Shown piece by piece: positions 1 to 9,204 of a stretch of 64,000 nt of DNA. How positions within the stretch are numbered: position 1 is the first letter of the stretch; every line of letters starts with the position of its first letter. The notes under the pieces were generated by a model. It was not told the DNA's origin. It did not search any database and was given only the letters and a program-made list of their open reading frames with translations. The position numbers and the translations under genes were made by a program. The stretch is taken from assembly GCA_045222555.1 (NCBI GenBank), contig JBGUYY010000072.1, positions 67,347 to 131,346 on the forward strand. Direction: 5' to 3'. The stretch comes from Bacteroidales bacterium (GTDB taxonomy: Bacteria > Bacteroidota > Bacteroidia > Bacteroidales > WCHB1-69).

Positions 1-1174
1 TCTTGAAGTCAGAAACGGGCACCATCGGGATCTTACCCACGCTGTCGCGGTCTTCCACCATGCCGGAACCGTCGTCCAACAGCTTCATGGTTTCATAGTA
101 GTTGCCTCTGAAGGGGTTGAACTCGTACACCTCGTCGTGTGAGGTCTGACGATAGACGTCCATCACCCATTCTGCGACGTTGCCGCCCATGTTGTAAAGA
201 CCGAAGTCGTTGGGCCAGTAGGAGTTGACGGGTGCTGGTATATCGGAAGCGTCGTTCAGGTAGCCGGCCACACCCATGAGGTCACCGCGGCCGCGGCGGG
301 TGTTGGCAACGAAGTCGCCATAGTAGCGTTTGTCGTCGGTACGGGTGTAGTGACCGTTCCACGGATAGAGCTTTCTTTCGAGCACACGCTCGTTGAGGGT
401 GTTTCCGATGAGAGCGTAAGCAGCATACTCCCACTCAGCCTCGGTGGGGAGGCGGTAGCGGGGCAGCAGGATACCGTCCTCCATCTTCACGTTGCGGTAG
501 TCGCCGGTGGAGATGTTGGTGAGACGGTTGTCGGTCTCCATTTCGTATGAATCATATACTAAATATGCGTCGGTGGTGAAGTAGAGTTCCGGTGACGGAT
601 CCGGGTTCCAGTCAATGAAGCCGAGGTCCACGAGGATCTGCTCGTTGACGCGGTCGGTACGCCATGCGGCATAGTTGGTGGCCTGCAGCCAGTTCACACC
701 GACAACCGGATAGTGGTTGTAGGCGGGATAGCGGAAGTAGTATTCCACCTGCGGCTCAGCGTAGGCCAGTTTCTCACGCCATACGTTCTCATCGGGACGG
801 GCCTCGTCAACGATGGTCTTGAGGTCGGCGGGGAGGAACACGCGTTCGAGCCAATAGAGGTATTCGCGGTAGTCGAGGTTGCTGATCTCGCACTCATCCA
901 TGTAGAAGGAGGAGATGGTGACACGGCGGGGGTTGTTGCCCCATTCGTACATGACATCCTCTTCCACGCGGCCGAAGGTGAAGGTACCGCCTTCGATCAG
1001 CACGAGGCCGGGACCGGTGGCCTGTTCAACGAAAGGATAGACCTCAAAGCCGCCGTTCTCTGCATTGTTGTATTCCCAGCCTGTGGTGGGAGAGTACTCC
1101 TTCTTACAGGAACTGAACAGCAGGGCCGTTGCGGCCAGCAGCAGTAAACCGGAAATTTTGCTCATCTTCTTCAT
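1..1174 (-). CDS. gldJ: GldJ-like gliding-motility/T9SS lipoprotein (FGE-sulfatase/SUMF1-type fold); N-terminal ~391 codons only, C-terminus runs off the left edge
   Basis: Own reverse-strand translation from ATG at 1174: MKKMSKISGLLLLAATALLFSSCKKEYSPTTGWEYNNAENGGFEV..GPGLVLIEGGTFTFGRVEEDVMYEWGNNPRRVTISSFYMDECEISN..YPVVGVNWLQATNYAAWRTDRVNE. Lipobox FSSC. Frame is open to position 1, so it is absent from the ORF track. Pattern matches my recollection of Flavobacterium GldJ. It sits next to porU/porV as in F. johnsoniae. Confidence 0.8.
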   Translation of the reverse strand, partial: MKKMSKISGLLLLAATALLFSSCKKEYSPTTGWEYNNAENGGFEVYPFVEQATGPGLVLIEGGTFTFGRVEEDVMYEWGNNPRRVTISSFYMDECEISNLDYREYLYWLERVFLPADLKTIVDEARPDENVWREKLAYAEPQVEYYFRYPAYNHYPVVGVNWLQATNYAAWRTDRVNEQILVDLGFIDWNPDPSPELYFTTDAYLVYDSYEMETDNRLTNISTGDYRNVKMEDGILLPRYRLPTEAEWEYAAYALIGNTLNERVLERKLYPWNGHYTRTDDKRYYGDFVANTRRGRGDLMGVAGYLNDASDIPAPVNSYWPNDFGLYNMGGNVAEWVMDVYRQTSHDEVYEFNPFRGNYYETMKLLDDGSGMVEDRDSVGKIPMVPVSDFK

Positions 1175-1231
1175 TGCTTCAAAAAATTTATAGTTCTAAC
1201 GATGTTTTTTCAATATTATTATGGAATGGGG

Positions 1232-2221
1232 TTAGAAAGTGGGGCAGACCAGGTCTTTCATCACTCTCTTTCTCTCAGGACACGGCAGCAGCAGCTGGAG
1301 TGACACCTCGTGCGCACCGCCGGAGAGGTTGGCCAGCTTGGAGACCGTGAGGTCGTAGGAGTAGGCCACGCGGATGCGTTCGTGCTGCAAACCGAACATG
1401 AAGATCACAGCATCGGGGTTGCGGAAGCTCTGGCGATACCAGATACCGACGGCAAAGGGATAGTAGTTGAGGTAGAAACCGTAGTTCAGCTGATGGAACT
1501 CCATCTGGTGCTGATAGATGATGTTCGGGCTGATGGAGACATCGCCGAAGGAACGGCTCTTGCGGCTGCGGCGTTTCAGATCGAAATAGCCACCCACGTG
1601 GGCGGTCCACTTGATGGGCAGACGGCTGACGGAGATGAAACCTTCGTACGGGCGGGTGACATGGTTGACGGCCAGACCGAAGTAGAAGTTCTTGGTGTAG
1701 CCGATGAAACCTGCGGAGAAGTCGGCGATGGCCTTTGACTGCTTGGCGGGCGCCGTCTCGTTGGTCTCATACACAAAACCGTATTTGGGGTCGATCATGT
1801 CGCCGAAGGTCAGCTTGTCCCAGTTGAGGGATTTCTGCTGGAAGGTGGCCTGCAAAGCGAAGCGCATGCTGAACTTGCGCGACACTTTCAACTTATAAGA
1901 ATAAATGATACTGGCTGCGTAGGTGTTGATGGTGCCTTGCCCCTGATGGTCGCCCATGAACAGCACACCGATACCGCCCGCCAGCTTGTCAAAGTGCTGG
2001 TCGTAGGAGGCGGAGTAGGTGAGGTAGGTGCCATGGATGTTGGGCCACTGGTCGCGGAAATGAGCCGTGATGCGCGGGCATACATTCGTGCCGGCAAATG
2101 CAGGGTTCAGGTACAACGGGTTGGCATAGAATTGGGAAAAGTGCGGATCTTGTGCCGAAACTTTCGTGCCGCTGACCAACGCCAACAACAGGAGCCCCAT
2201 AACGCAGATGATCTTTTTCAT
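1232..2221 (-). CDS. PorP/SprF-family type IX secretion system membrane protein
   Basis: 329-aa ORF. Signal peptide MKKIICVMGLLLLALVSGTKVSAQ followed by DPHFSQFYANPLYLNPAFAGT, the conserved N-terminal signature of PorP/SprF proteins. Confidence 0.85.
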   Translation of the reverse strand: MKKIICVMGLLLLALVSGTKVSAQDPHFSQFYANPLYLNPAFAGTNVCPRITAHFRDQWPNIHGTYLTYSASYDQHFDKLAGGIGVLFMGDHQGQGTINTYAASIIYSYKLKVSRKFSMRFALQATFQQKSLNWDKLTFGDMIDPKYGFVYETNETAPAKQSKAIADFSAGFIGYTKNFYFGLAVNHVTRPYEGFISVSRLPIKWTAHVGGYFDLKRRSRKSRSFGDVSISPNIIYQHQMEFHQLNYGFYLNYYPFAVGIWYRQSFRNPDAVIFMFGLQHERIRVAYSYDLTVSKLANLSGGAHEVSLQLLLPCPERKRVMKDLVCPTF

Positions 2222-2286
2222 ATCCTTGGTTTTATTCTAATTCGATGTGTGTTGCAAAAAACTTCGCCACAATATATTAAAGCTCG

Positions 2287-2294
2287 CAAAAATA
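2287..2294 (-). promoter_or_regulatory. Bacteroidota -7 box (TAnnTTTG on minus strand) upstream of porP/sprF
   Basis: Plus strand reads CAAAAATA (reverse complement TATTTTTG), 66 nt upstream of ATG 2221. Confidence 0.45.
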
Positions 2295-2416
2295 CGAATT
2301 ATTATGGACTTTACGCAGTTTTTTCTAAAAAGTTATCAACATTTTTTGATTTTTGCAATTTTATAAAAAGGCATTCGTTTATTTTGTGCATTTCTCGTAA
2401 TATTATCAAACGAAAT

Positions 2417-5400
2417 ATGAAACACTTTTCTTGGGTTGCTTTGGGAGTTTTTGGGTTGATTTTATTTCAACTTATTGATATTCAGGCTCAAAAAATTATA
2501 AAAAATATTTCCATCCAGTGGACGACCCCCATCACCTACCAGACTGAGAGGGAAGAGACGCTGTCGTTTATCGTTTTTGAGGGTTCAGTGGAGGATGACA
2601 CCTATCCGGTACTGCCCCGCTATTACGACCATTTTCCTGTGAGTGCCGACTTCAGCAATTACGAGGTGGTGGCCTCCAATGCCGTTTATGAACCTCTTTC
2701 CGAAAAAGAGAAGTCATTGATGCCTAAGGATTTCCGTCAGTCCGACATCGTCTATCAGGTTACTACGGTATATGAAAAGATGAAGCCCTACGCGGCGGTA
2801 GATTTCCTGCCCATTCGTGTGAACGGCGGCCGCTATGAGAAGCTGACTTCTGTTACGCTTTCCATCGAGGGAAAAGGCGTGTGCAAAGGTGGCAAGGCCA
2901 CTCGTGCCTACGCGGATCATTCGGTGCTGCGCAGTGGCAACTGGTACCGTGTGACGGTCGGCAAAACAGGAGTGTATAAGGTGACATACAATGATTTGTC
3001 ATCTTTGGGAATCTCGCTCTCCAATCTCTCTTCCGACAACATCTCCATTTTCGGAAACGGAGGTGGCATGTTGGCGGAGTCGAATGCCGTGCAGCGTCCC
3101 GACGACCTGCTGGAGCTGCCTATCGAGATGCACGACGGTGGCGACCACTCGTTTGATGCGGGCGACTACTTCCTGTTCTATGCCGAAGGACCGCACAGCT
3201 GGTCTTATTCCTATCAGGGCTTTACCCATAATTTCAATCTGTATGCGACGACGGCCTCCTATTTCATCAATGTGGATGCGGGCATCGGTCAGAAACTGCG
3301 GGTGGAGACGGAGGACAACAGCGCATTGACACCAACGGCAACTGCCTCAACATACACCAGTTATGGTTTTTATGAGGAGGATAAGTTCAACTTGGGAGAA
3401 GGCGGCCGCAATTGGTTTGGCGACAAGTTCGATGTGACCACCACGCGGCATTACACGCTTTCGTTGCCCTCCACACCGGTGGGCTCTATGCAGTTGAAAG
3501 TGGTTTGCGGCGCCAGCTCTGCCCGTGTCTCATCCTTCCAAGTGACGGTGAACGGCCAGGCGATAGGCTCCGTCAGCGTCCCCCTTTGCCCGAGTGACTA
3601 TCTTGGAAAGACCGCTGAACGTACTTTCAATGTTTCGGTGAGCGGAGGCAGCACCGATGTGCAACTCACATATAACAAGCCGATTTCGTCGGCGGTGGGC
3701 TTCCTCGACTACCTTGAGTGGCAAGTCGATTGTCAGTTGCGGGCGGGAAGTGGGCAGACGCCTTTCTGTAACCCGCAGACTGTGGGTGCCAATGCCGTAA
3801 CCCGCTATACGGTCAGCAACTTCTCATCCAGCATGAAGGTATGGGACGTCTCCGTCATGAACCAAATCCGCAATATGGCGGGAGCATTGTCGGGCGGGGT
3901 GTTCAGCTTTAACGCCCCCAGCGACACCTTGCACCATTTTGTGGTTTTCAGCGACAATGTCTGCTACAGCGTAACGCCTGCGGGTAAAATATCTAATCAG
4001 GACCTGCATGGCACCAGCCGGGTGGATATGGTCATTGTGGCGCATCCCGATTTCCGTTCGCAAGCCGAGCGGCTGGCCGATTTCCATCGCTCGAATGACG
4101 GGATGACGGTGAAGGTGGTGAGTCCGCAGCAAGTGTATAACGAGTTTTCCAGCGGCGAGCAGGATGTGTGCGCCATCCGCGACTATATGCGGATGATTTA
4201 TGAGCAGACTTCCGCGGCACAGCCCCAGTATCTGCTTCTTTTTGGTAGACCTTCGTATGATTATCGCGGAATAGAAGGGGAATGCCCCATTTATGTTCCT
4301 AATTATCAAAGTGTTTCTGATGCCAAGGAAGATCATTTCTTAGCCAATGATGATTTCTTTGGCTTGTTGGATTCCGATGAGGGGAACAGCAGTATTGGCA
4401 GAACGGTGGACATTGCGGTAGGACGTTTCCCGGTGAGCAGTGCCTCGCAGGCAAAGTTGGCAGTGGACAAGACCATCGAGTATGCTTCGCAGGTGGTGCT
4501 GGGGGAGAACACGCCTACCAGCAATTTCGGCGATTGGAAGAATGTGGCGACTTTTGTGGGCGATGATGAGGATGGTGGCGAGCATATGACAACGGCCGAT
4601 GCAGCAGCTCAATTGACGGAGGAGGGTGATCAGAACCTTAATATTGAAAAAATATATTTGGATGCATATCAGCAAGTTACCTATTCCTCATCGGCACGTT
4701 ATCCAGAGGTGACCACCGACATCAACAACCGGATGAATAAAGGGTGCCTGTTGTTCGTCTATGTGGGACACGGTGGCAAAAATGGGTGGGCTCATGAGCG
4801 CATCATCGAACTGACCGACATCAGCCGCTGGGCCAACCGCTACAACCAGCCCTGGATGCTCACTATGACGTGCGAGTTTGGCTGGTGCGACCGTTCGCTG
4901 GTGTCGCCGGCTGAGATGGTGTTTCTGAACAGCGGCGGTGGTGCATCGGCCATGATCACCACCTATCGAGTGGCCTATACGGGCTCCAACAAGACTTATA
5001 TCAAAAATTGGTGCACTAACCTCTTCCGTGAAGGAATCAACGCTCCGCTTACCATCGGTGAATGTAACCGTCAGGCCAAGAACGCGAACAATGGTGCCTA
5101 TGGCGGTTCCAATATGATATATGTACTGGGAGATCCTGCCACGAAACTTGCTGTGCCGCGCTATGTCGTGGTGACCGACTCTATCAACGGTATCGCAGTG
5201 GCGGATTTTACCGATACCCTTAAGGCATTGTCGCGGGTGCGTGTCAGGGGTCATGTGGAAGATGCAGAGGGACACCTTCTTCCTGATTTTTCAGGAGCAG
5301 TTTATCCGTCGGTTTATGATAAGAAAACGGTGAGTCACACCCTTCAGAACGATCCTTTGAGTTCATACGAGGAGTTTGAGGTGCAGAAAAATATTCTTTT

Positions 5401-6232
5401 CAAAGGCAATGTCACCGTGTCGGAAGGGAAGTTCGATTTTTCTTTCATCCTTCCTAAAGACATTAACTATTCGTATGGGAATGGAAAGCTGAGCTACTAT
5501 GCCTGCAGCCGTACTGCTGATGCAGCAGGGGCGTACAACGAGGTGCTGGTTGGCGGCATGAGCGACGAGACCATCACCGACGACAATGGTCCGGAAATGG
5601 ACCTGTACATGAACGACGAGCAGTTTGTGAACGGCGGCACGGTGAATCCTTCGCCTACGCTGTTGGTGAAGCTCAAGGATGAGTACGGGATCAACACTAC
5701 TGGCAATGGCATCGGCCACGATTTGGTGGCGGTGCTCGACGACGGCAACCAGATCGTGCTCAACAACTATTACGAAGCCGCCCGCGACAGTTTCAACTGC
5801 GGCACGGTTCGCTATCCTTTCGAAAACCTGAAACTCGGTACGCATAAGCTGAAAGTGCGCGCTTGGGACATCCTCAATAACGTGACTGAGCGTGAGTTGG
5901 AGTTTGTGGTGGTATCGGATGAAGGGCTGGTGCTCGACCATGTGCTCAACTACCCCAATCCTTTCACTACTCGTACCTCATTCTACTTTGAGCACAACCG
6001 ACCGGGCGAAGTGCTGGACGTGATGGTGACGGTTTATACCATCTCGGGGAAGGTGGTGCGCACGCTCGAATCCACCCAGTGTACGCAGGGCTTCCGTAGC
6101 GATCCCATCGTGTGGGATGGTCTCGACGACTTCGGCGACAAGATCGGCAAGGGCACTTATCTGTACCGGCTGCGGGTGCGCACCGCTGGCGGCGAACAGG
6201 CCGAAAAGATTGAGAAGATTGTGATTTTGTAA
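2417..6232 (+). CDS. porU: T9SS C-terminal signal peptidase/sortase PorU (peptidase C25, gingipain-like)
   Basis: ORF 1937..6232 trimmed to ATG 2417 (MKHFSWVALGVFGLILFQLIDIQAQ signal peptide); the upstream extension lies antisense to porP. About 1270 aa with a C25-like core (VIVAHPDF.., LLLFGRPSYDYR, VYVGHGGKNGWAHE). C-terminal T9SS-type domain LNYPNPFTTRTSFYFEH..GTYLYRLRV. Confidence 0.9.
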   Translation: MKHFSWVALGVFGLILFQLIDIQAQKIIKNISIQWTTPITYQTEREETLSFIVFEGSVEDDTYPVLPRYYDHFPVSADFSNYEVVASNAVYEPLSEKEKSLMPKDFRQSDIVYQVTTVYEKMKPYAAVDFLPIRVNGGRYEKLTSVTLSIEGKGVCKGGKATRAYADHSVLRSGNWYRVTVGKTGVYKVTYNDLSSLGISLSNLSSDNISIFGNGGGMLAESNAVQRPDDLLELPIEMHDGGDHSFDAGDYFLFYAEGPHSWSYSYQGFTHNFNLYATTASYFINVDAGIGQKLRVETEDNSALTPTATASTYTSYGFYEEDKFNLGEGGRNWFGDKFDVTTTRHYTLSLPSTPVGSMQLKVVCGASSARVSSFQVTVNGQAIGSVSVPLCPSDYLGKTAERTFNVSVSGGSTDVQLTYNKPISSAVGFLDYLEWQVDCQLRAGSGQTPFCNPQTVGANAVTRYTVSNFSSSMKVWDVSVMNQIRNMAGALSGGVFSFNAPSDTLHHFVVFSDNVCYSVTPAGKISNQDLHGTSRVDMVIVAHPDFRSQAERLADFHRSNDGMTVKVVSPQQVYNEFSSGEQDVCAIRDYMRMIYEQTSAAQPQYLLLFGRPSYDYRGIEGECPIYVPNYQSVSDAKEDHFLANDDFFGLLDSDEGNSSIGRTVDIAVGRFPVSSASQAKLAVDKTIEYASQVVLGENTPTSNFGDWKNVATFVGDDEDGGEHMTTADAAAQLTEEGDQNLNIEKIYLDAYQQVTYSSSARYPEVTTDINNRMNKGCLLFVYVGHGGKNGWAHERIIELTDISRWANRYNQPWMLTMTCEFGWCDRSLVSPAEMVFLNSGGGASAMITTYRVAYTGSNKTYIKNWCTNLFREGINAPLTIGECNRQAKNANNGAYGGSNMIYVLGDPATKLAVPRYVVVTDSINGIAVADFTDTLKALSRVRVRGHVEDAEGHLLPDFSGAVYPSVYDKKTVSHTLQNDPLSSYEEFEVQKNILFKGNVTVSEGKFDFSFILPKDINYSYGNGKLSYYACSRTADAAGAYNEVLVGGMSDETITDDNGPEMDLYMNDEQFVNGGTVNPSPTLLVKLKDEYGINTTGNGIGHDLVAVLDDGNQIVLNNYYEAARDSFNCGTVRYPFENLKLGTHKLKVRAWDILNNVTERELEFVVVSDEGLVLDHVLNYPNPFTTRTSFYFEHNRPGEVLDVMVTVYTISGKVVRTLESTQCTQGFRSDPIVWDGLDDFGDKIGKGTYLYRLRVRTAGGEQAEKIEKIVIL

Positions 6233-6315
6233 AAAATTATCATCCTTTCAAAAATAATATGAAAGTTTTTACGTTAATGGGTTGCGAAATTTTTATCCAA
6301 TCTAAAATAAAAACA

Positions 6316-7563
6316 ATGAAAAAAATCCTTGTAGTTGCTGTTGGCATCTTGTTTTTCTCGGTTCCTTCTCTGAAAGCTCAAATTAATCCTAATCAACTTA
6401 ATGGTCAGGAACTCAATACTATAACGACGGCCGTTCCCTTCCTGACGATTTCTCCCGACTCAAGAGGCGGTGCCATGGGCGATATGGGTGTGGCTACTTC
6501 CGCAGATGTCAATTCCCAGCATCACAATCCGTCGAAATATGTCTTCAACGAAAACAAGTTCGGCATCTCTTTTTCATACAGCCCTTGGCTGCGTAAATTA
6601 GTGAATGACATTAACTTGCTTTATCTTTCCACCTATTATAAGGTTACTGATAACGACGCGCTCTCTTTCTCACTGCGCTATTTTTCGTTGGGTGACATTA
6701 CGTTCACCGATAATGAAGGTAACGACATGGGCAGCCAGAAACCGAACGAGTTTGCCATCGACCTCGGCTATTCCAGAAAGCTGATTGACGAGCTTTCCAT
6801 CGCCATCACTCCGCGTTTCATCTACTCCAACCTGACGGCAGGTCAGTATGTGGAAGGTGTGGAAACGAATGCTGGTATGGCCGGTGCTGCCGATGTGTCT
6901 TTGTTCTATCAGCAGGATTTCGGTTTCAAGAACAACAACAAGATGAACAGCACCTTGCGTGCCGGTTTGAATATCTCCAACATTGGTAACAAGATGTCGT
7001 ACTCTTCAGGAACGTTGCGCCGCGACTTCCTGCCCACCAACCTCAAATTGGGTGTGAGCTATACGGTTCAGTTCGACGAGTACAACAGCTTGATGGCCGG
7101 CGTGGAGTGCAACAAACTGCTGGTACCCACCAACCCGGTATATCAGACCGACAGCACCGGTCATATTATGTACGATGCGGCCAACAAACCGATTATTGCC
7201 GCTGGTAAGGATCCCGATGTGTCTGTGGCACAAGGTATTTTCCAATCCTTCGGTGATGCTCCTGCAGGTTCGAAAGAGGAGTTCCACGAGGTGAACTGGG
7301 CAGTGGGTGTGGAGTATTGCTACCGCGACCTCTTGTTTGTGCGTGCCGGTTATTTCTACGAGCATCCCACCAAGGGTAATCGTCAGTTCATCACGGTGGG
7401 CGCAGGCCTTCACTACAGTATCTTCGGTCTGGATGTGGCCTACCTGTTCACCGTTGACCAGCACCATCCGTTGGAGAACACCCTTCGTTTCACCCTTTCG
7501 TTCGACCTCAAATCGTTCGACAAGCAGGATATCAAGACGCAGGGTCGTCTCAACAAGAACTAA
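6316..7563 (+). CDS. porV: T9SS outer-membrane shuttle protein PorV (LptO)
   Basis: Start moved to MKKILVVAVGILFFSVPSLKAQ. TAVPFLTISPDSRGGAMGDMGVATS motif and beta-barrel-like alternating sequence. Immediately follows porU, the canonical order. Confidence 0.9.
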   Translation: MKKILVVAVGILFFSVPSLKAQINPNQLNGQELNTITTAVPFLTISPDSRGGAMGDMGVATSADVNSQHHNPSKYVFNENKFGISFSYSPWLRKLVNDINLLYLSTYYKVTDNDALSFSLRYFSLGDITFTDNEGNDMGSQKPNEFAIDLGYSRKLIDELSIAITPRFIYSNLTAGQYVEGVETNAGMAGAADVSLFYQQDFGFKNNNKMNSTLRAGLNISNIGNKMSYSSGTLRRDFLPTNLKLGVSYTVQFDEYNSLMAGVECNKLLVPTNPVYQTDSTGHIMYDAANKPIIAAGKDPDVSVAQGIFQSFGDAPAGSKEEFHEVNWAVGVEYCYRDLLFVRAGYFYEHPTKGNRQFITVGAGLHYSIFGLDVAYLFTVDQHHPLENTLRFTLSFDLKSFDKQDIKTQGRLNKN

Positions 7564-7584
7564 TAGGCCAACGGCTTTCCGCTG

Positions 7585-8064
7585 ATGGAAGATTTCCGTG
7601 TAGGATTCGGCTATGACTCTCACCATTTGGCGGCGGGATTGAAGCTCCGTTTGGGCGGGGTGGAGATAGTGTCTGACCGCGGCTGTGTGGCGCACTCCGA
7701 CGGTGACGCGGTGATTCACGCCCTGTGCGATGCCCTGTTGGGTGCGGCGGCATTGGGCGATATCGGTACACATTTCCCTGACAGCGATGCGGCCTATAAA
7801 GGCATTAATAGTGCTGTATTGTTGCAGAAAACCGTGGAGTTGCTCCGACAGGAGGGATGGACGGTGAACAATGCCGATGTGACCATCGTGCTGGAACGTC
7901 CCAAGTTGGTGGACTACAAACCGTTGATTCAGGCGAGACTGGCCGATTTGCTCGGTATCGCGGCGGTTGCGATGTCGGTGAAGGCGAAGAGCAACGAAGG
8001 AATGGGTTTCACAGGCTGTGGCGAAGGTGTGGCGGTGATGGCGGCTGTGACGATTCGGCGGTAA
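7585..8064 (+). CDS. ispF: 2-C-methyl-D-erythritol 2,4-cyclodiphosphate synthase
   Basis: 159 aa. FRVGFGYDSHHL..HSDGDAVIHALCDALLGAAALGDIGTHFPDSD are IspF metal and substrate motifs. Confidence 0.95.
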   Translation: MEDFRVGFGYDSHHLAAGLKLRLGGVEIVSDRGCVAHSDGDAVIHALCDALLGAAALGDIGTHFPDSDAAYKGINSAVLLQKTVELLRQEGWTVNNADVTIVLERPKLVDYKPLIQARLADLLGIAAVAMSVKAKSNEGMGFTGCGEGVAVMAAVTIRR

Positions 8065-8088
8065 CATTTCATTTCAAATTCTGATACC

Positions 8089-9069
8089 ATGTTAACACCT
8101 TTAAAATTCAGGCCTCTATATTTTGAGAAAATATGGGGTGGGAAAAAGTTGCACACGATTTTGGGTAAAGATTTCGGCTCATTAGCCAATTGTGGCGAGA
8201 GCTGGGAGGTGTCGGGCATTGCCGGCAAGGAGTCGGAGGTGGCGGCGGGATTGCCGCTGGAAGGCAACACGCTGCCCGAGTTGGTGGAGGTGTACATGGG
8301 CGATCTGGTAGGGGAGAAGGTGTACGACGAGTTCGGCAATGACTTTCCGTTGTTGGTGAAATTTATTGATGCTCAGGATGATCTGTCGGTACAGGTGCAT
8401 CCCGACGATGCGCTAGCACAGCGGCGTTACGGTACGAATGGCAAGACCGAGATGTGGTATGTGCTGCAGGCCGATGTGGGCAGCGGGCTCTATGTGGGGT
8501 TCAAGGAGGGGGTGACGAAAGAGGATTACGAGCGCGCGTTGGCCGCGGGCGAGGTGGAGCAGTTGCTTGAGTTCTATCCGGTGACGGCGGGCGATGTATT
8601 TTTCATCCCGGCCGGCACGGTACATGCCATCGGCAAGGGCGTGCTGCTGGCCGAGGTGCAGCAGTCGTCAGACTGCACTTACCGCGTGTTCGACTGGAAC
8701 CGGGTGGATGCTGCCGGCAAGCCGCGCGAGCTGCATGTGGCGGAAGCACTGGAGGCTCTGCACTTTGGCGACGACACCGAATATCACATCCGCTATATCC
8801 CTACGTTGAATCACTCCGTTCCGGTGATTCGTTGCAACCAGTTCAATATCAACCTGCTCCATTTCGCGCAGCCGCTCGAAAAGGTGTATGCGGGTATCGA
8901 CTCCTTCATCATTTACATCTGTACGGAAGGCCGTGTAGTGTTGATCGATGAAGGGAAAGAGTATCTGCTTAGCAAGGGCGAGGTGATGCTGGTGCCGGCC
9001 ATTAGTACTGAGGTACAGCTGCTTCCGTTGGAGAAAAGCACGCTGATGGAGGTGTTTTTGGGGAACTGA
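8089..9069 (+). CDS. manA: Type I phosphomannose isomerase (mannose-6-phosphate isomerase)
   Basis: 326 aa. PLYFEKIWGG.., ..LSVQVHPDD.., GKTEMWYVL, AGTVHAIG cupin motifs of class I PMI. Confidence 0.85.
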   Translation: MLTPLKFRPLYFEKIWGGKKLHTILGKDFGSLANCGESWEVSGIAGKESEVAAGLPLEGNTLPELVEVYMGDLVGEKVYDEFGNDFPLLVKFIDAQDDLSVQVHPDDALAQRRYGTNGKTEMWYVLQADVGSGLYVGFKEGVTKEDYERALAAGEVEQLLEFYPVTAGDVFFIPAGTVHAIGKGVLLAEVQQSSDCTYRVFDWNRVDAAGKPRELHVAEALEALHFGDDTEYHIRYIPTLNHSVPVIRCNQFNINLLHFAQPLEKVYAGIDSFIIYICTEGRVVLIDEGKEYLLSKGEVMLVPAISTEVQLLPLEKSTLMEVFLGN

Positions 9070-9101
9070 AAATTGAGAATTGAAAACTGAAAATTGAAAA
9101 C
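9067..9101. repeat. Short tandem repeat, 14-nt unit TGAAAAYTGARAAT x2.5, starting at the manA stop codon
   Basis: tgaaaattgagaat / tgaaaactgaaaat / tgaaaac read directly. Resembles the GAATTGAGAAT-type intergenic microrepeats I recall from Bacteroidales. Confidence 0.6.
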
Positions 9102-9204
9102 GGGGAACAAGGATAGTTTTCTGATTTTTTTTGAATTTTTTAAGCAACATTTTTGTCGTTTTAATGTATAAAAACTAAATTATCTTTCGTGTTATCGAAG
9201 AAAA

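Noticed and set aside
1937-2416. N-terminal 160-codon extension of the porU ORF
   Set aside because: It overlaps porP on the opposite strand and crosses the AT-rich promoter region. A proper signal peptide begins at ATG 2417.
7006-8067. 353-aa ORF antisense to porV and ispF
   Set aside because: It spans two well-supported sense genes and their intergenic gap, and has the His/Arg-rich composition of a shadow ORF.
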